From Candidatus Nanoarchaeia archaeon (GTDB taxonomy: Archaea; Nanobdellota; Nanobdellia; SCGC-AAA011-G17; DATDVL01): a stretch of 51,310 nt of DNA. The stretch covers positions 1 to 51,310 of the forward strand of contig DATDVL010000017.1 in assembly GCA_035290025.1 (NCBI GenBank), in the 5' to 3' direction. Shown here in pieces: positions 15,639 through 25,268 of the stretch. The number at the start of each line of letters is the position of its first letter. Position 1 is the first letter of the stretch. A program made the translations under genes and the position numbers. The notes below the pieces were generated by a model. It ran no database searches and was not told the origin of the DNA. It saw only the letters and a program-made list of their open reading frames with translations.

Positions 15639-16427
15639 ATGAAGCATTCCTTGTCTGTTTCCTTGTTGTTGGTGGGTTTATTTGTACTTGCGCAGGTTGT
15701 TGGTTTGTTCGTTGTTCAGGGGTATGCTAGTCAGTCGTTGCCCTTGGGTTTGCAGCCTCCTGCGTTGGATCCTGATACATCGTTTATTTCTTTGTTAGGC
15801 ACGGTTATTGTTCTTTCCTTGGTGGTTTGGTTGTTGATGCGTTTTCGTTTTGGTTTTTTGTGGAAGTTTTGGTTTTTCATTTCTTTAACGTTGGTGTTAA
15901 CCGTTGCGTTGGCTGCTTTTCTTCCGGAATTGTGGGCGTTGGGTGTTGCTGTTGTCTTGGCATTGTTGAAGTTGTATCGTCATTCTGTTTTTTGGCATAA
16001 TCTTCCGGAGATGTTGTTGTATGGTGGTTTGGCTGCTGTTTTTGCTCCCGTGTTTTCTTTGTTGTCCTTAGTATTCTTGTTGATATTGATTGCTGTGTAT
16101 GATGCTGTTGCTGTGTGGAAGACGAAGCATATGGTTTCTTTGGCGAAGATGCAGTTGAAGGAGCGTTTGTTTGCAGGTTTGTTGATTCCGTATGGTAAGA
16201 AGAAGTCTGCGTTGTTGGGTGGTGGTGATATTGCTTTTCCGTTGTTGGCGAATGCTGTTTTGTTGCGTGAGTTTGGTGGTGTTGCTGCAGTGATAGGTGT
16301 TGTTTTTGCTGCGGGTGCTTTGTGGTTATTGTTGTGGTTGTCGGAGAAGAATAAGTTTTATCCTGCCATGGTCTTTTTGTCGGTGGGTTCGTTGTTGGCT
16401 ATTGGTCTTAGTTGGTTGTTCGTATAG
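15639..16427 (+). CDS. presenilin/signal-peptide-peptidase homologue (A22 intramembrane aspartyl protease)
   Basis: Polytopic membrane protein with the YD motif (LIAVYDAVAVW), the GxGD motif (LLGGGDIAFP) and a PAL-like motif (FYPAM). ATG at 15639, 25 nt downstream of ggttaaatagg. Confidence 0.75.
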   Translation: MKHSLSVSLLLVGLFVLAQVVGLFVVQGYASQSLPLGLQPPALDPDTSFISLLGTVIVLSLVVWLLMRFRFGFLWKFWFFISLTLVLTVALAAFLPELWALGVAVVLALLKLYRHSVFWHNLPEMLLYGGLAAVFAPVFSLLSLVFLLILIAVYDAVAVWKTKHMVSLAKMQLKERLFAGLLIPYGKKKSALLGGGDIAFPLLANAVLLREFGGVAAVIGVVFAAGALWLLLWLSEKNKFYPAMVFLSVGSLLAIGLSWLFV

Positions 16428-16956
16428 CTGGTTCTGGTCGTATGCGTTCTTGGTAATCTGCAACGAGTTGTTGTAATTTTTCTACGTCTTGTTCAAAGCG
16501 TGTTTTTCGTGGTCTGTTGCCTAGCGTTGCCGCTGTGAACGCTCCTAGGGATTCTATGCTAAGACTAAGAATTCGTGGAGTATGCCATGCTATTTCGTGT
16601 GCGTCTTGATTGTTAGGGCTGATTATCTCTTTGATGGCCGCAGCGGCAGCGAAGTAACCTAAAAATCCAAAATAGGTAGTGATAATGCCTGGTAGTATTC
16701 CGAAGTCTTTCTTTTTCAGAGAGGGTAGTACTTCTATTATTCCTAATACTACTCCTAATGAAAACATGTTCAATGCCCCGTTAAAGTAATCAGGTGGTGT
16801 TTCGTTTAATCCGTTGGCTGTATGACTGAGTATGCTTATGCTAAAACATGTTTGTGCTAGTCCTACTGGGGTTCTTCCTGTGGTTTTGTTCCAGAAATAG
16901 TTTACTACTCCTACTCCTTCCATGACATAATTATCAATAGTTTTGAAGGGGTTCAT
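16408..16956 (-). CDS. membrane protein, paralogue of 26812-27375
   Basis: The N-terminus MNPFKTIDNYVMEGVGVVNYFWNKTTGRT aligns with MKNPFFTIDDYIMQSVNTINQYWNWTTGRT. Both have several TM segments and a C-terminal ..PRK.. tail. Confidence 0.55.
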   Translation of the reverse strand: MNPFKTIDNYVMEGVGVVNYFWNKTTGRTPVGLAQTCFSISILSHTANGLNETPPDYFNGALNMFSLGVVLGIIEVLPSLKKKDFGILPGIITTYFGFLGYFAAAAAIKEIISPNNQDAHEIAWHTPRILSLSIESLGAFTAATLGNRPRKTRFEQDVEKLQQLVADYQERIRPEPAIRTTN

Positions 16957-16957
16957 G

Positions 16958-17413
16958 TTAGTAGAGTATGCCTATGAGTATTCCTTTTATGTTTTTATCA
17001 GTGATAGTGTGACTGGTGTTGCTGTTGTCTCCTTGGAGTGTTAGGGTGTTTCCGTTGATGGTTTGTATTCTGTGGACAAGTCGTTGTCCTTCGTAGTCAT
17101 AGCTGATGATGTCTCCTTCGTGGAGTTGTTGGTTGGTGTAGGGTAGTTCTATGCCTATGCTGTTCTCATCTAGGGTAGGGTCCATACTGTTGGTGTTGGT
17201 GTAGTGTACAAGTAGGGTTGCTGGTTTATGGATCGTAAGGTCGTTGGTGGTTTGGGTGATATCTTCAAGGGTGATGCGTTGTTGGGGTGATGGTTGTTCG
17301 GGTAGTCCGGGTGTTGGTTGTTCAAGAATGAGTGTTGGGTTGGTAAGTAGGTCGTTAGTTATATAGCCGAGACAGAGTCCTATGATAAGTATGCCTATGA
17401 ATAATTTGTACAT
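16958..17413 (-). CDS. signal peptidase I, Sec11/S26B type
   Basis: N-terminal TM segment. The Ser box is NSMDPTL, followed by GDIISY...LVHRI (His box) and LQGDNSNTSHTITD (GDN box). Confidence 0.75.
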   Translation of the reverse strand: MYKLFIGILIIGLCLGYITNDLLTNPTLILEQPTPGLPEQPSPQQRITLEDITQTTNDLTIHKPATLLVHYTNTNSMDPTLDENSIGIELPYTNQQLHEGDIISYDYEGQRLVHRIQTINGNTLTLQGDNSNTSHTITDKNIKGILIGILY

Positions 17414-17482
17414 ACATGCCCCCGTAATAGTGTGGCAAGAAATCAGTTATAAATGTTACTATTTTAGAATGGTAGTAATTAC

Positions 17483-19381
17483 TTAGCGTATTCTTATCGT
17501 TTCGAGATTTTTTGGTGCTTCTGTTTCTATTCTGTTCACTTTGTGGATGCTGGATGCTAGGTCTAAGCATCTGCTTTGTTCTCCGTGGTTGACGATGACT
17601 TTCTTGGGGCGTGGTTGTAAGTTTTGGATGTAACGCATGAGTTCTGTTCTTCCTGCGTGTCCTGATAGACTGCTTTCGATATGGATGCGCATTTTGATGT
17701 TGAGTTCTTCTGGTCGTTCACCGTCGGTTAATACGATGCGTCGTTCTCCTTCTTGTATTCTTCTGCCGAGTGTTCCTTCGCCGACGTAGCTGACGAAGAG
17801 GAGGGTGTTTTTCGGGTCGTCGCACATTTGTTTGAAGTATTCTACGCTGGGTCCTCCGGTGAGCATGCCTGAGGTTGCGATGATAATGCAGGGACTGTCT
17901 TGTTTTATGATTTCGTCTTGTTCTTTTCTGCTGCCGACGCGTCGTAGGTTGGGGCTTAAGAATGGGTTCTTATCGTTGTGGAATATGCTTTTTCGTAAGT
18001 CTCTTCCTAAGAAGTCAGGATAGGCAGTGTGGATAGCGGTGACGTCCCATACCATGCCTTGTGCGTAGATGGGGCAGTGGGGTACTTTTCCTGTTTCCAT
18101 GGCTTCATTCATGATAAGGATGAGTTCTTGTGCTCTTCCTACACCAAGGACAGGGATGAGTACTTTTCCTCCAGCTTCTAATGTTTCTCTTGCTGCTTGG
18201 ATGACGGTTGCTTCTGCTTCTAATCGTGGTTTGAGGATGTTATCTTTTCCTCCGTACGTGCTTTCTATCATAAGCGTTTCTAGTCGTGGGAATCGTGTAT
18301 CTGCGGGGTCTAAGAGTCGTGTGGCAATACATTTCAAGTCCCCCGTGTAAACTAAGTTGTGTAATCCGTTGCCGACATGTAAGTGTACTAAGCTGCTTCC
18401 TAGGATATGTCCTGCGTTGTAGAATGTTATTCGAATGTCAGGGGTGATATCAGTAACTTCACCATAATCAAGGCAGATAGTATGTTTGACCATTTCTTTT
18501 ACATCATTCACGTCGAAGATGCCGCTTTTTGCTTGTTTGAATGCTACACCAATATAATCAAGTGCTAGTAATGCTGCAATGTCTCGTGTGGGTGCAGTCA
18601 TGTAGACAGGTCCTCGGTAGCCCATTTTGAAAAGGAAGGGTACGATGCCGCAATGGTCGAGGTGTGCGTGACTAATAATAATGGCGTCTAAGTCTTCTAT
18701 TTTGAATTCTGGTGCGTCGAGGTAGGGGTAAGCGTTTTGGTCTGATGCTGCTACGTTGACGCCGCAGTCGAGAAGTATTCTGCTTTCGGGTGTTTGTAAG
18801 AATAGGCAGCTTCTTCCTACTTGTCGTGCTCCTCCAAGGTAGGTGAGTCGTATCCATTCTTCTTTTTTTGTGCGCATCCATCCGTCATAGACGCGGTGTC
18901 CTACTTTGTCTAAGAATTTTCTTCGTTCGTCTGAGTGTTGGTAGAGTACTGCTCGTATGTTTTCTATGATCTTGCTGCGGAGTGCGGGTAGTCTTCTGAT
19001 GACCGGTACCCATAGGCATTGTTTGCGTATTTCTCGTAATAATTCTCCGTCTTTTCCTATAGCTACGCCAGGTTTTTCTACTTCGATGATGACTCTGCTT
19101 CGTTGCGGGTCAAAGAGTATGTTGCCAATGCCTGATTCTTTTGGGAGTATTTCGTTTATTTTCTTTTCTGCTTTTTCTACGTCCATGGTTATGGCAGGGT
19201 CGGGTCGTAGTTCTATGCGTTTTTTGATGGTATCAACGATACCTTTGATCATGCTTTGGTTGTTGAGGAAGAAGTCTTTGTCTTTAGTATAAAGAATGAT
19301 GTTTGCCCCTTCAAAACTCGTGTCACTAATCTTATCTTTCTGAGGTATCAGTTTTAATATTTCTTCTATAATGTTTGCCAT
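17483..19381 (-). CDS. aCPSF1/FttA: KH-domain beta-CASP metallo-beta-lactamase ribonuclease (transcription termination factor)
   Basis: 632 aa. Two N-terminal KH-like domains are followed by the MBL motif HAHLDHCG and beta-CASP motifs. Confidence 0.9.
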   Translation of the reverse strand: MANIIEEILKLIPQKDKISDTSFEGANIILYTKDKDFFLNNQSMIKGIVDTIKKRIELRPDPAITMDVEKAEKKINEILPKESGIGNILFDPQRSRVIIEVEKPGVAIGKDGELLREIRKQCLWVPVIRRLPALRSKIIENIRAVLYQHSDERRKFLDKVGHRVYDGWMRTKKEEWIRLTYLGGARQVGRSCLFLQTPESRILLDCGVNVAASDQNAYPYLDAPEFKIEDLDAIIISHAHLDHCGIVPFLFKMGYRGPVYMTAPTRDIAALLALDYIGVAFKQAKSGIFDVNDVKEMVKHTICLDYGEVTDITPDIRITFYNAGHILGSSLVHLHVGNGLHNLVYTGDLKCIATRLLDPADTRFPRLETLMIESTYGGKDNILKPRLEAEATVIQAARETLEAGGKVLIPVLGVGRAQELILIMNEAMETGKVPHCPIYAQGMVWDVTAIHTAYPDFLGRDLRKSIFHNDKNPFLSPNLRRVGSRKEQDEIIKQDSPCIIIATSGMLTGGPSVEYFKQMCDDPKNTLLFVSYVGEGTLGRRIQEGERRIVLTDGERPEELNIKMRIHIESSLSGHAGRTELMRYIQNLQPRPKKVIVNHGEQSRCLDLASSIHKVNRIETEAPKNLETIRIR

Positions 19382-19415
19382 AATGCTTGAGATGTCAAAT
19401 AGTTGACAATGATGT

Positions 19416-20081
19416 TTATGCTGTCTGTAATGTTGTTGTAATCTTTTTTTGTAGTACTAATTGTATGCCATCTTTGGTGATGCTGTAAACGTCTGCTCCT
19501 TCTCCTGATCCGGTGTCTCGTTGGATGCTGGCGTCGATACATTTGATGGCGAGCTTTACTCCTTCGTTGACGGTGATTGTTTTTTGGTAGGTGCTGTCAA
19601 GTACTGCCATGGCTATTTCTCCTCCAGATCCGTCGGTTGCGTAGTCTTTTATTTCCATGACGCAGCCGTCAGGTGTTAATTCGTAGAGATGGTAGCCTGC
19701 TCTGTCTCTTCCTCCGAGGAGGAATGCTGTTACTGCTATGATTGTGCTGAAGTTTCTGATGTTTTGGTAAAGTATGGTTCCAAGTAGGTTTGCTACTTCT
19801 TTGACGGTTAGTTCTTTCATGCTGCGCATTTTTTTTATCATGATTTCTGCTTTGATGAGTTTGATGACCATTTGGATGTCTGATACGTTTCCTGCGATGG
19901 TAACGGCCATGTTTTCTGCTATGGGTAATACTTTGACAACGTCTTTGTTCATGACGCGGAGTGGCATGCCTCCTCCGGTTGCTCGTTTGTCTGCTGCGAG
20001 TATAATACCGTCTTTGCAGACAATACCTAATGTTGTTGTTCCCGTTTTAATTGATGCTTCTACCATGTTTGAGGTTATCAC
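19416..20081 (-). CDS. psmB: proteasome subunit beta
   Basis: A propeptide precedes the active-site TTTLGIVCKDGIILAADKRAT. The start is either the GTG at 20081 or the ATG at 20066. Confidence 0.9.
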   Translation of the reverse strand: MITSNMVEASIKTGTTTLGIVCKDGIILAADKRATGGGMPLRVMNKDVVKVLPIAENMAVTIAGNVSDIQMVIKLIKAEIMIKKMRSMKELTVKEVANLLGTILYQNIRNFSTIIAVTAFLLGGRDRAGYHLYELTPDGCVMEIKDYATDGSGGEIAMAVLDSTYQKTITVNEGVKLAIKCIDASIQRDTGSGEGADVYSITKDGIQLVLQKKITTTLQTA

Positions 20082-20140
20082 CAGAATATCTTATGATGAG
20101 CTTACAAGTTTGATTATTTATAAATGTTTCTGTTGGTTGT

Positions 20141-20368
20141 TTACAAGAGTTTGATGTCATTTATGGTGACGAGTGTTTTTTTGTCCCCGTTTTGTAGGTA
20201 GCAGGTTTCTGTGGTTAAGTAGTAGAGGAGGTTGTGGTTTTGGTCAAGTTGGATATTGAGGTATCCTTGTTTTGTTTCTTTGTCGTGTTCTTCCGTAATG
20301 TCAAGTACTTCAAAGGTTTTTTCTTGGATGCTTATGGTGTCTCCTATTTGGAGGTTGTTCGGTTCCAT
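20141..20368 (-). CDS. hypothetical small protein (75 aa)
   Basis: ATG at 20368, overlapping the cca 3' end by 25 nt. No family recognised. Confidence 0.4.
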   Translation of the reverse strand: MEPNNLQIGDTISIQEKTFEVLDITEEHDKETKQGYLNIQLDQNHNLLYYLTTETCYLQNGDKKTLVTINDIKLL

Positions 20369-21525
20369 AGTGTAATTCCTTTAAGTGATAATTTGCTTAT
20401 TAAGTCTTTTGGTGTTATTATCGTTCTTTTTTCGGTGCTGTAGATTTTTCCTTGTTTATTGAATGTTTTTTTGTGGTATTTTTTGAATTGTTGTACTGCT
20501 GTTGTCATGGTTAGGGGTGGTCCTGCTCGTTCCTTGATTGCTGGCAAGGTTGTTTCTTTGAGGTTGTAGTAGTAGTACACATTGTGGTGGGGTTGGTCCC
20601 AGTGCCATCCGTGTTTTTTTATGATGAAGTCTTCTTGTTGAAGTGCATAGCGTAGTTTTTCTTCTGTTTTTCTGAGTGCTGCCCCGATAATGTCTGTTTT
20701 TCCTAGTGGTGTTTTCATGGTGAAGACAGTGTTATGACTCTTTTTTACAGTTTCTAGGTTGAAGGTTGGTGTAATAAAATATTTTTCTTTGTTTTTTGTT
20801 GTTAGGTAGTTTTTGCAGGCTTTTATGAGCTGTTTATATTTTTCTTTGTTGAGTGCTGCTGCTGCGTTTCTGGTGTTGTCGGTGGGGTCGATGACGATGA
20901 GGGGTGATGTTTTCTTTGCTTCGTTGAGGTTGTTGATGTCTTCTTTCTTTCCTAGAGTGGTTACTTCTTTCCAAGTGCTTACTTTTTTTATGAAGTTATT
21001 GAATCCTTGGTAATGGATGATGAGGAGTTCTACTAAGTAACCAGAGAATCCTTGGATGTAGCTTTCTGCTCCGTAGACGTCTGCTGCTTTGCAGAATGCT
21101 TTTGCTTTGCGTATGTCATAGGAATACTTTTGGTGGTGATTAACATAATTGACGTGGAGTTGTGAGATGTCAGTGATGTTTTTTGCTGCTGATGCTTTTT
21201 TTATGTTAAGGATAGGTATAAATTCTATCGTATAGTTGTTGTAATTTGTTTGGAAGTAGTCTCTGCTGCCATGGAGTCGTGTGAGTTTGAATTGTTTTTT
21301 GAGGTGTTGTTCAGTGATGTCTGCTAGTTTTTCTGATTGGTGCTGGAACGTTTTATAGTCATAAACAATGTAGATGTCGATGTCATGTGTTCCTGTAAGC
21401 CAAGTGTTTTTTGCTCCGCTCCCGCCGAGTTTTGCTTGTGCTTTGGGGATGCGTATTTTTTTTATGATATCTTTGACAGTTTGTTGTAGTTGTTGTTCCT
21501 CTTCTTTGCTGGGTATGAATTCCAT
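20344..21525 (-). CDS. cca: CCA-adding enzyme, archaeal class I tRNA nucleotidyltransferase
   Basis: The class-I NTase signature GGSGAKNTWLTGTHDIDIY is present. 393 aa. Confidence 0.85.
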   Translation of the reverse strand: MEFIPSKEEEQQLQQTVKDIIKKIRIPKAQAKLGGSGAKNTWLTGTHDIDIYIVYDYKTFQHQSEKLADITEQHLKKQFKLTRLHGSRDYFQTNYNNYTIEFIPILNIKKASAAKNITDISQLHVNYVNHHQKYSYDIRKAKAFCKAADVYGAESYIQGFSGYLVELLIIHYQGFNNFIKKVSTWKEVTTLGKKEDINNLNEAKKTSPLIVIDPTDNTRNAAAALNKEKYKQLIKACKNYLTTKNKEKYFITPTFNLETVKKSHNTVFTMKTPLGKTDIIGAALRKTEEKLRYALQQEDFIIKKHGWHWDQPHHNVYYYYNLKETTLPAIKERAGPPLTMTTAVQQFKKYHKKTFNKQGKIYSTEKRTIITPKDLISKLSLKGITLWNRTTSK

Positions 21526-21617
21526 TGGTTTTTAGGGGTTTTTCTCTTTTAAGAGTGTTTCGTCCCTGGTCTCGGATGAGAAAGCTTTTTATGGTAGTAG
21601 TCGTGCTAAAATGTTTT

Positions 21618-22130
21618 ATGGTTAGTTATAATCCTCAGACTATTGATCATGACTTACAGTATTGTTTTTTAAGTCCTCGTTCGTTGTTGGCTACTGTTGG
21701 CAGTGCTATTCTTCCAGGTGAGGTGGAATTGAAGTGTTTTTTGGATAATCCTGCTTCTCCTACGCGTGTGCATACAAGTTTTTTCTCACCTTTATTCAGT
21801 GTTAATACGGAGAGAAAGGTAGGGTGGGTGCGTGGTTGTGTTGCTCTATATCGTGAAAACAGTTCTGCTCCTGTTTCTTTTTTGGAGGAATCATTAGACG
21901 TGCGTGTTGTTCCTAATCATGTTCTACAAGTAGGAGTGGCTGGTCAGGCTATTCCTTTCTTTAATTCTCGATCAGTCGTGACGGTTTCTTTACAAAAGAA
22001 GGGTGATAGTGTTCGTCCTTCTTATCGTCGTGTTAATAATTCTGGTCATGTTTGGCCTTTGCATTATGTTATGTTCGCTGGTTCTTGTTTGCCGTCAAGT
22101 GTTTTTTTATCTGATAGGGGTTTAGTATAG
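21618..22130 (+). CDS. hypothetical protein (170 aa)
   Basis: The ATG at 21618 lies about 26 nt downstream of aaagctttttatgg. The longer ORF-track start overlaps cca. Confidence 0.4.
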   Translation: MVSYNPQTIDHDLQYCFLSPRSLLATVGSAILPGEVELKCFLDNPASPTRVHTSFFSPLFSVNTERKVGWVRGCVALYRENSSAPVSFLEESLDVRVVPNHVLQVGVAGQAIPFFNSRSVVTVSLQKKGDSVRPSYRRVNNSGHVWPLHYVMFAGSCLPSSVFLSDRGLV

Positions 22131-22224
22131 TTTGGTGATTTGATGGATATTGATGTTATGCGTCGTCTAGGTCGTGGTGGGCAATTTGATAATTCATGGG
22201 ATGTTGTAGATATAGGTGTGTCAC

Positions 22225-22797
22225 ATGAGTGATAATTCTGAACTAGAATTAGTGTATCCTTATTTTTGTGTTATCAATCCTCGTCGTGTGGTAAGTTTGT
22301 TTTCTGGCTGTCTTGGTGATTCTATTATTACTCGTGCTGATCGTGCTATCAGTGTGGGTATTCCTTTGGTTCGTCGTGTTTCTCGTAATTCTCTTTTTGA
22401 TGTGTTATGCACATTTGTTGGTGGCTCTTTTGAGCCTGATAGTGATGATCTTCGTGATGATGTTTTTGGGACAATATCATTTGATCATCGTTATCGTGAA
22501 GTCGTTGATGACCCAGAGAGTTTGGATGACCCTGAAAGTTGTGAAGTTGTTGAGTCTTTACGTGTGAGCCTTGATAGTCCTATACAACTAGATGGTTATA
22601 GGCTATTACCAGGTACATTGTCGCTGCGTTGTGATTTTTATACAGGGGTAAGTAGTTCTGTTAATCATTTTCATCGTCGTGATGCTCGTTTTGGTATTCA
22701 TGTAGCAAATCGTGGTTTGCCAACATATGAATTATTGTCTGATAGTGGTCGTTCCGCGTGTGCAAACTATTTAGCAAAGAATACGCGTGCTGCTTAA
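22225..22797 (+). CDS. hypothetical acidic protein (190 aa)
   Basis: First ATG of the ORF. No competing minus-strand ORF. No family recognised. Confidence 0.4.
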   Translation: MSDNSELELVYPYFCVINPRRVVSLFSGCLGDSIITRADRAISVGIPLVRRVSRNSLFDVLCTFVGGSFEPDSDDLRDDVFGTISFDHRYREVVDDPESLDDPESCEVVESLRVSLDSPIQLDGYRLLPGTLSLRCDFYTGVSSSVNHFHRRDARFGIHVANRGLPTYELLSDSGRSACANYLAKNTRAA

Positions 22798-22863
22798 CTT
22801 GTGAGTAGTTAGATTATCGTTCCTAAATCTTAAATAGCCTTGTTTGTTATATTTTCTTTTGCT

Positions 22864-23316
22864 ATGGGAAATTCTCCAGTGACCTTTCAGTTACCAGAAT
22901 TTGTTTTGCGTCGGGCATTAGTAAAAGGTCATTATGAGGCGTGGCCTGCTTCTGCTCAGGATGTTGTGGATCCTTATTTGCAGTTGTTGGATGTGGTGCA
23001 TCGTCCGAATCCTGATCATAGCGTAACTCTTGGCCGTTTGGGGTTGTCGTTTGTTAATAACAGTTTATCACGTGTGTTTGTGTATTACCAACCTGGTTGT
23101 CGTTCTCGTGTTGCTCCTGTAGTAAGCATTCTTGATGTTGCCTTGGCGGCTTATAGTATTCCTATTGCTGAGGTGAGTATTCCGTTTGAGCGGGTTTTCC
23201 CTTCAACAGTTGCTCGTTTGGGAAAGAGATTTGATGTTGTTACGACAAGTGTTGATATTTTGCCTTTGGAGATGCGCCGTTTGATATTAACAGGTGAGTA
23301 TAGCGGCGAGGATTGA
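22864..23316 (+). CDS. hypothetical protein (150 aa)
   Basis: The ATG at 22864 lies 26 nt downstream of tcttaaatagcc. Confidence 0.4.
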   Translation: MGNSPVTFQLPEFVLRRALVKGHYEAWPASAQDVVDPYLQLLDVVHRPNPDHSVTLGRLGLSFVNNSLSRVFVYYQPGCRSRVAPVVSILDVALAAYSIPIAEVSIPFERVFPSTVARLGKRFDVVTTSVDILPLEMRRLILTGEYSGED

Positions 23317-23317
23317 T

Positions 23318-23905
23318 ATGAAATATAATGTTGTTCTTACCGTCCCTGATGATGTACAAGCTTCTTTGGATATTTTAGTGAATCGTTTTCGTGTTGATTG
23401 CAGTTCTGTATCTGCTCCTGGTCATCGTCACCTTACATTGTACCGTTTTTATGCTCCTGATGCTGACGATATTTATGTTACTCGTCTTCGTTCGTTAGAG
23501 TTTAGTCCTGTTTCTTTGGTGAGTGGACGTTTTTTGCGTCTATTTAATGATGAACATGCAGATGGTTTTTCGTTAGTTGTTCCTTTTATTTCTGATCAAG
23601 CTATTTGTGGTTTGCATGCGTTGGTTGCTGATACATTAAATAGTGTTCGTGAACCTCATTTGTGTAGTCATGCAGTGTGTAGTGATCCTCGACGTAAGCA
23701 GTTGTGTGACCTGTTAGGTTCTCCATTTTATGGTCCTCAGTATCGTCCGCATGTTACGTTGGCTGTTTTAAATCCTGGAGTTATAGTACCTTATGTTCCT
23801 GTTGAGTGTGCTTGGGTTGCTGGCAGTTTTTCTTTGTGGAAGAAGTCGGGTTGTTTAGAGAATGATGGTTGGGAGTCTGTACAGACGTTTCCTTTGGTTT
23901 CTTGA
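23318..23905 (+). CDS. 2H phosphoesterase superfamily protein (LigT / 2'-5' RNA ligase-like)
   Basis: Two H-x-T-x motifs, HRHLTLYRF and RPHVTLAVL, lie about 95 residues apart. ATG at 23318. Confidence 0.6.
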   Translation: MKYNVVLTVPDDVQASLDILVNRFRVDCSSVSAPGHRHLTLYRFYAPDADDIYVTRLRSLEFSPVSLVSGRFLRLFNDEHADGFSLVVPFISDQAICGLHALVADTLNSVREPHLCSHAVCSDPRRKQLCDLLGSPFYGPQYRPHVTLAVLNPGVIVPYVPVECAWVAGSFSLWKKSGCLENDGWESVQTFPLVS

Positions 23906-23908
23906 GTT

Positions 23909-24790
23909 TTATGCTTTTTTGGTGATGCTGCTAATGAAGAATCCTTCTGTTTGGTTGTAGTGTGGCCATATTTTTATGCCATTGTTCCAGTCTGCTTTAA
24001 TACGAAGTTCTATTTTTTCTAGTTTCGCTGTGGGTTCGTGTTCTAAAAGGTGTTGTATGATTTGTTCATCTTCTTCTGGTTCTAGGGTACAAGTGCTGTA
24101 GACAAGTCTTCCTTCTGGTTTGAGGAGTTGGTAGGCGTGGCTGATGAGTTTTCTTTGGAGTTTTGCTAGTCTGTTGACAGTGTTTTGGTTCCAGGCGAGG
24201 AGTGTTTTTTTGCTTTCTTTGGTGTTGCCGTGGATGGTTCCTGACGCTGAGCAGGGTGTGTCTAAGAGTATTTTGTCGTAGCTTCCGGGTAGTTTTTCTG
24301 CGCTGTGGTTAGTAATGACCGTGTTTTTTATGTGTAGTCGTTGTAAGTTGTCGATCATGATAGTGATGCGTTTGCTGTCTGCTTCATTGGCAATGATGAC
24401 TCCTTCATTGTTCATGAGTTGTGCGAGATGGGTTGTTTTTCCTCCGGGTGCTGCGCAGCAGTCTAAGACTACTTCTCCTGGTTGTGGGTTGAGGATGATG
24501 GGTGGGATCATGCTGGTGCTTGCTTGGATGTAATAATACCCTTTTTTGTGTTCTTGTAAGTTACCCAGTGCTTCTGGTCCTTTGCCAATGTAGAATCCTT
24601 CTTTACACCAGGGTAGGGGTTCTAGGGTGTAGCCTTGTTGTTCTAGTGTTTGTCGTAGTTGTTGGGGTGTGGTAAGGAGAGTGTTGGTTCTGATGCTTTT
24701 TCTTTCTGGTGGGTTATTGATGGCTTTCCAGTAGTCATTAAAGTTAGTAAGTTGTTCATATTTTTTTTGGAATGCTTCTTTGTACTGCAT
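23909..24790 (-). CDS. NOL1/NOP2/Sun family RNA cytosine-C5 methyltransferase
   Basis: The SAM motif DCCAAPGGKTTHLA is present, with catalytic Cys motifs DTPCSASGT and YSTCT. ATG at 24790 at TATA spacing. Confidence 0.85.
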   Translation of the reverse strand: MQYKEAFQKKYEQLTNFNDYWKAINNPPERKSIRTNTLLTTPQQLRQTLEQQGYTLEPLPWCKEGFYIGKGPEALGNLQEHKKGYYYIQASTSMIPPIILNPQPGEVVLDCCAAPGGKTTHLAQLMNNEGVIIANEADSKRITIMIDNLQRLHIKNTVITNHSAEKLPGSYDKILLDTPCSASGTIHGNTKESKKTLLAWNQNTVNRLAKLQRKLISHAYQLLKPEGRLVYSTCTLEPEEDEQIIQHLLEHEPTAKLEKIELRIKADWNNGIKIWPHYNQTEGFFISSITKKA

Positions 24791-24813
24791 GGTTGTTGTC
24801 AAGAAAATAAATG

Positions 24814-24821
24814 TTTATATA
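24814..24821 (-). promoter_or_regulatory. TATA box for the NOL1/NOP2/Sun methyltransferase
   Basis: tttatata/tatataaa is centred about 27 nt upstream of the ATG at 24790. Confidence 0.45.
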
Positions 24822-24896
24822 CTTGTTCTTCGTCGGTTAATCGTAGAAATTCTTTGTTGAAGTCATATGCTGGCTGGGGTTGAAGTGGTGGGGTTG

Positions 24897-25235
24897 TTAT
24901 AATCGTTCGTGCGGTATTTCTAGGGTGAGTGTTCCTCGCTGGAATGTTTTCTTCGTTTTTTGTATGTCTAGTCCTGCGGGTAGGGGTATTTTTCTGTAGA
25001 ATATGGTATAGTTTAGTGTCTTTTCTTTTCCTCGTGTTGCTTTGATAATAACAAGGTCATTATTAATAATGATGGTGAGGTCTTTGTCTTGTACATGGGG
25101 TAGTTCTACAATGATAGTACTTTTTTTGATGTTTTGGCTGATGTTGCTGAAGGGTTTTTCGAATGTGCCAACGAATGATTGGAATTTATCAGTAATGCTT
25201 TGTAAGAATTTGTTCTCCTCTTTTCTGCTCACCAT
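24897..25235 (-). CDS. hsp20: small heat-shock protein, Hsp20/alpha-crystallin family
   Basis: VELPHVQDKDLTIIINNDLVIIKA...YRKIPLPAGLDIQKTKKTFQRGTLTLEIP matches the alpha-crystallin domain pattern. Confidence 0.8.
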   Translation of the reverse strand: MVSRKEENKFLQSITDKFQSFVGTFEKPFSNISQNIKKSTIIVELPHVQDKDLTIIINNDLVIIKATRGKEKTLNYTIFYRKIPLPAGLDIQKTKKTFQRGTLTLEIPHERL

Positions 25236-25268
25236 GGGTTTTTGTTGGTGAAATGGTCTTTAAAAAGA

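Noticed and set aside
20093-20140. Possible C/D-box sRNA in the psmB upstream spacer, with atgatga at 20093-20099 as a C box. L7Ae is encoded in the window.
   Set aside because: There is no CTGA D box at a suitable distance, no terminal pairing and no C'/D' pair. The region is better explained as the psmB promoter, with tttataaat at 20118-20126.
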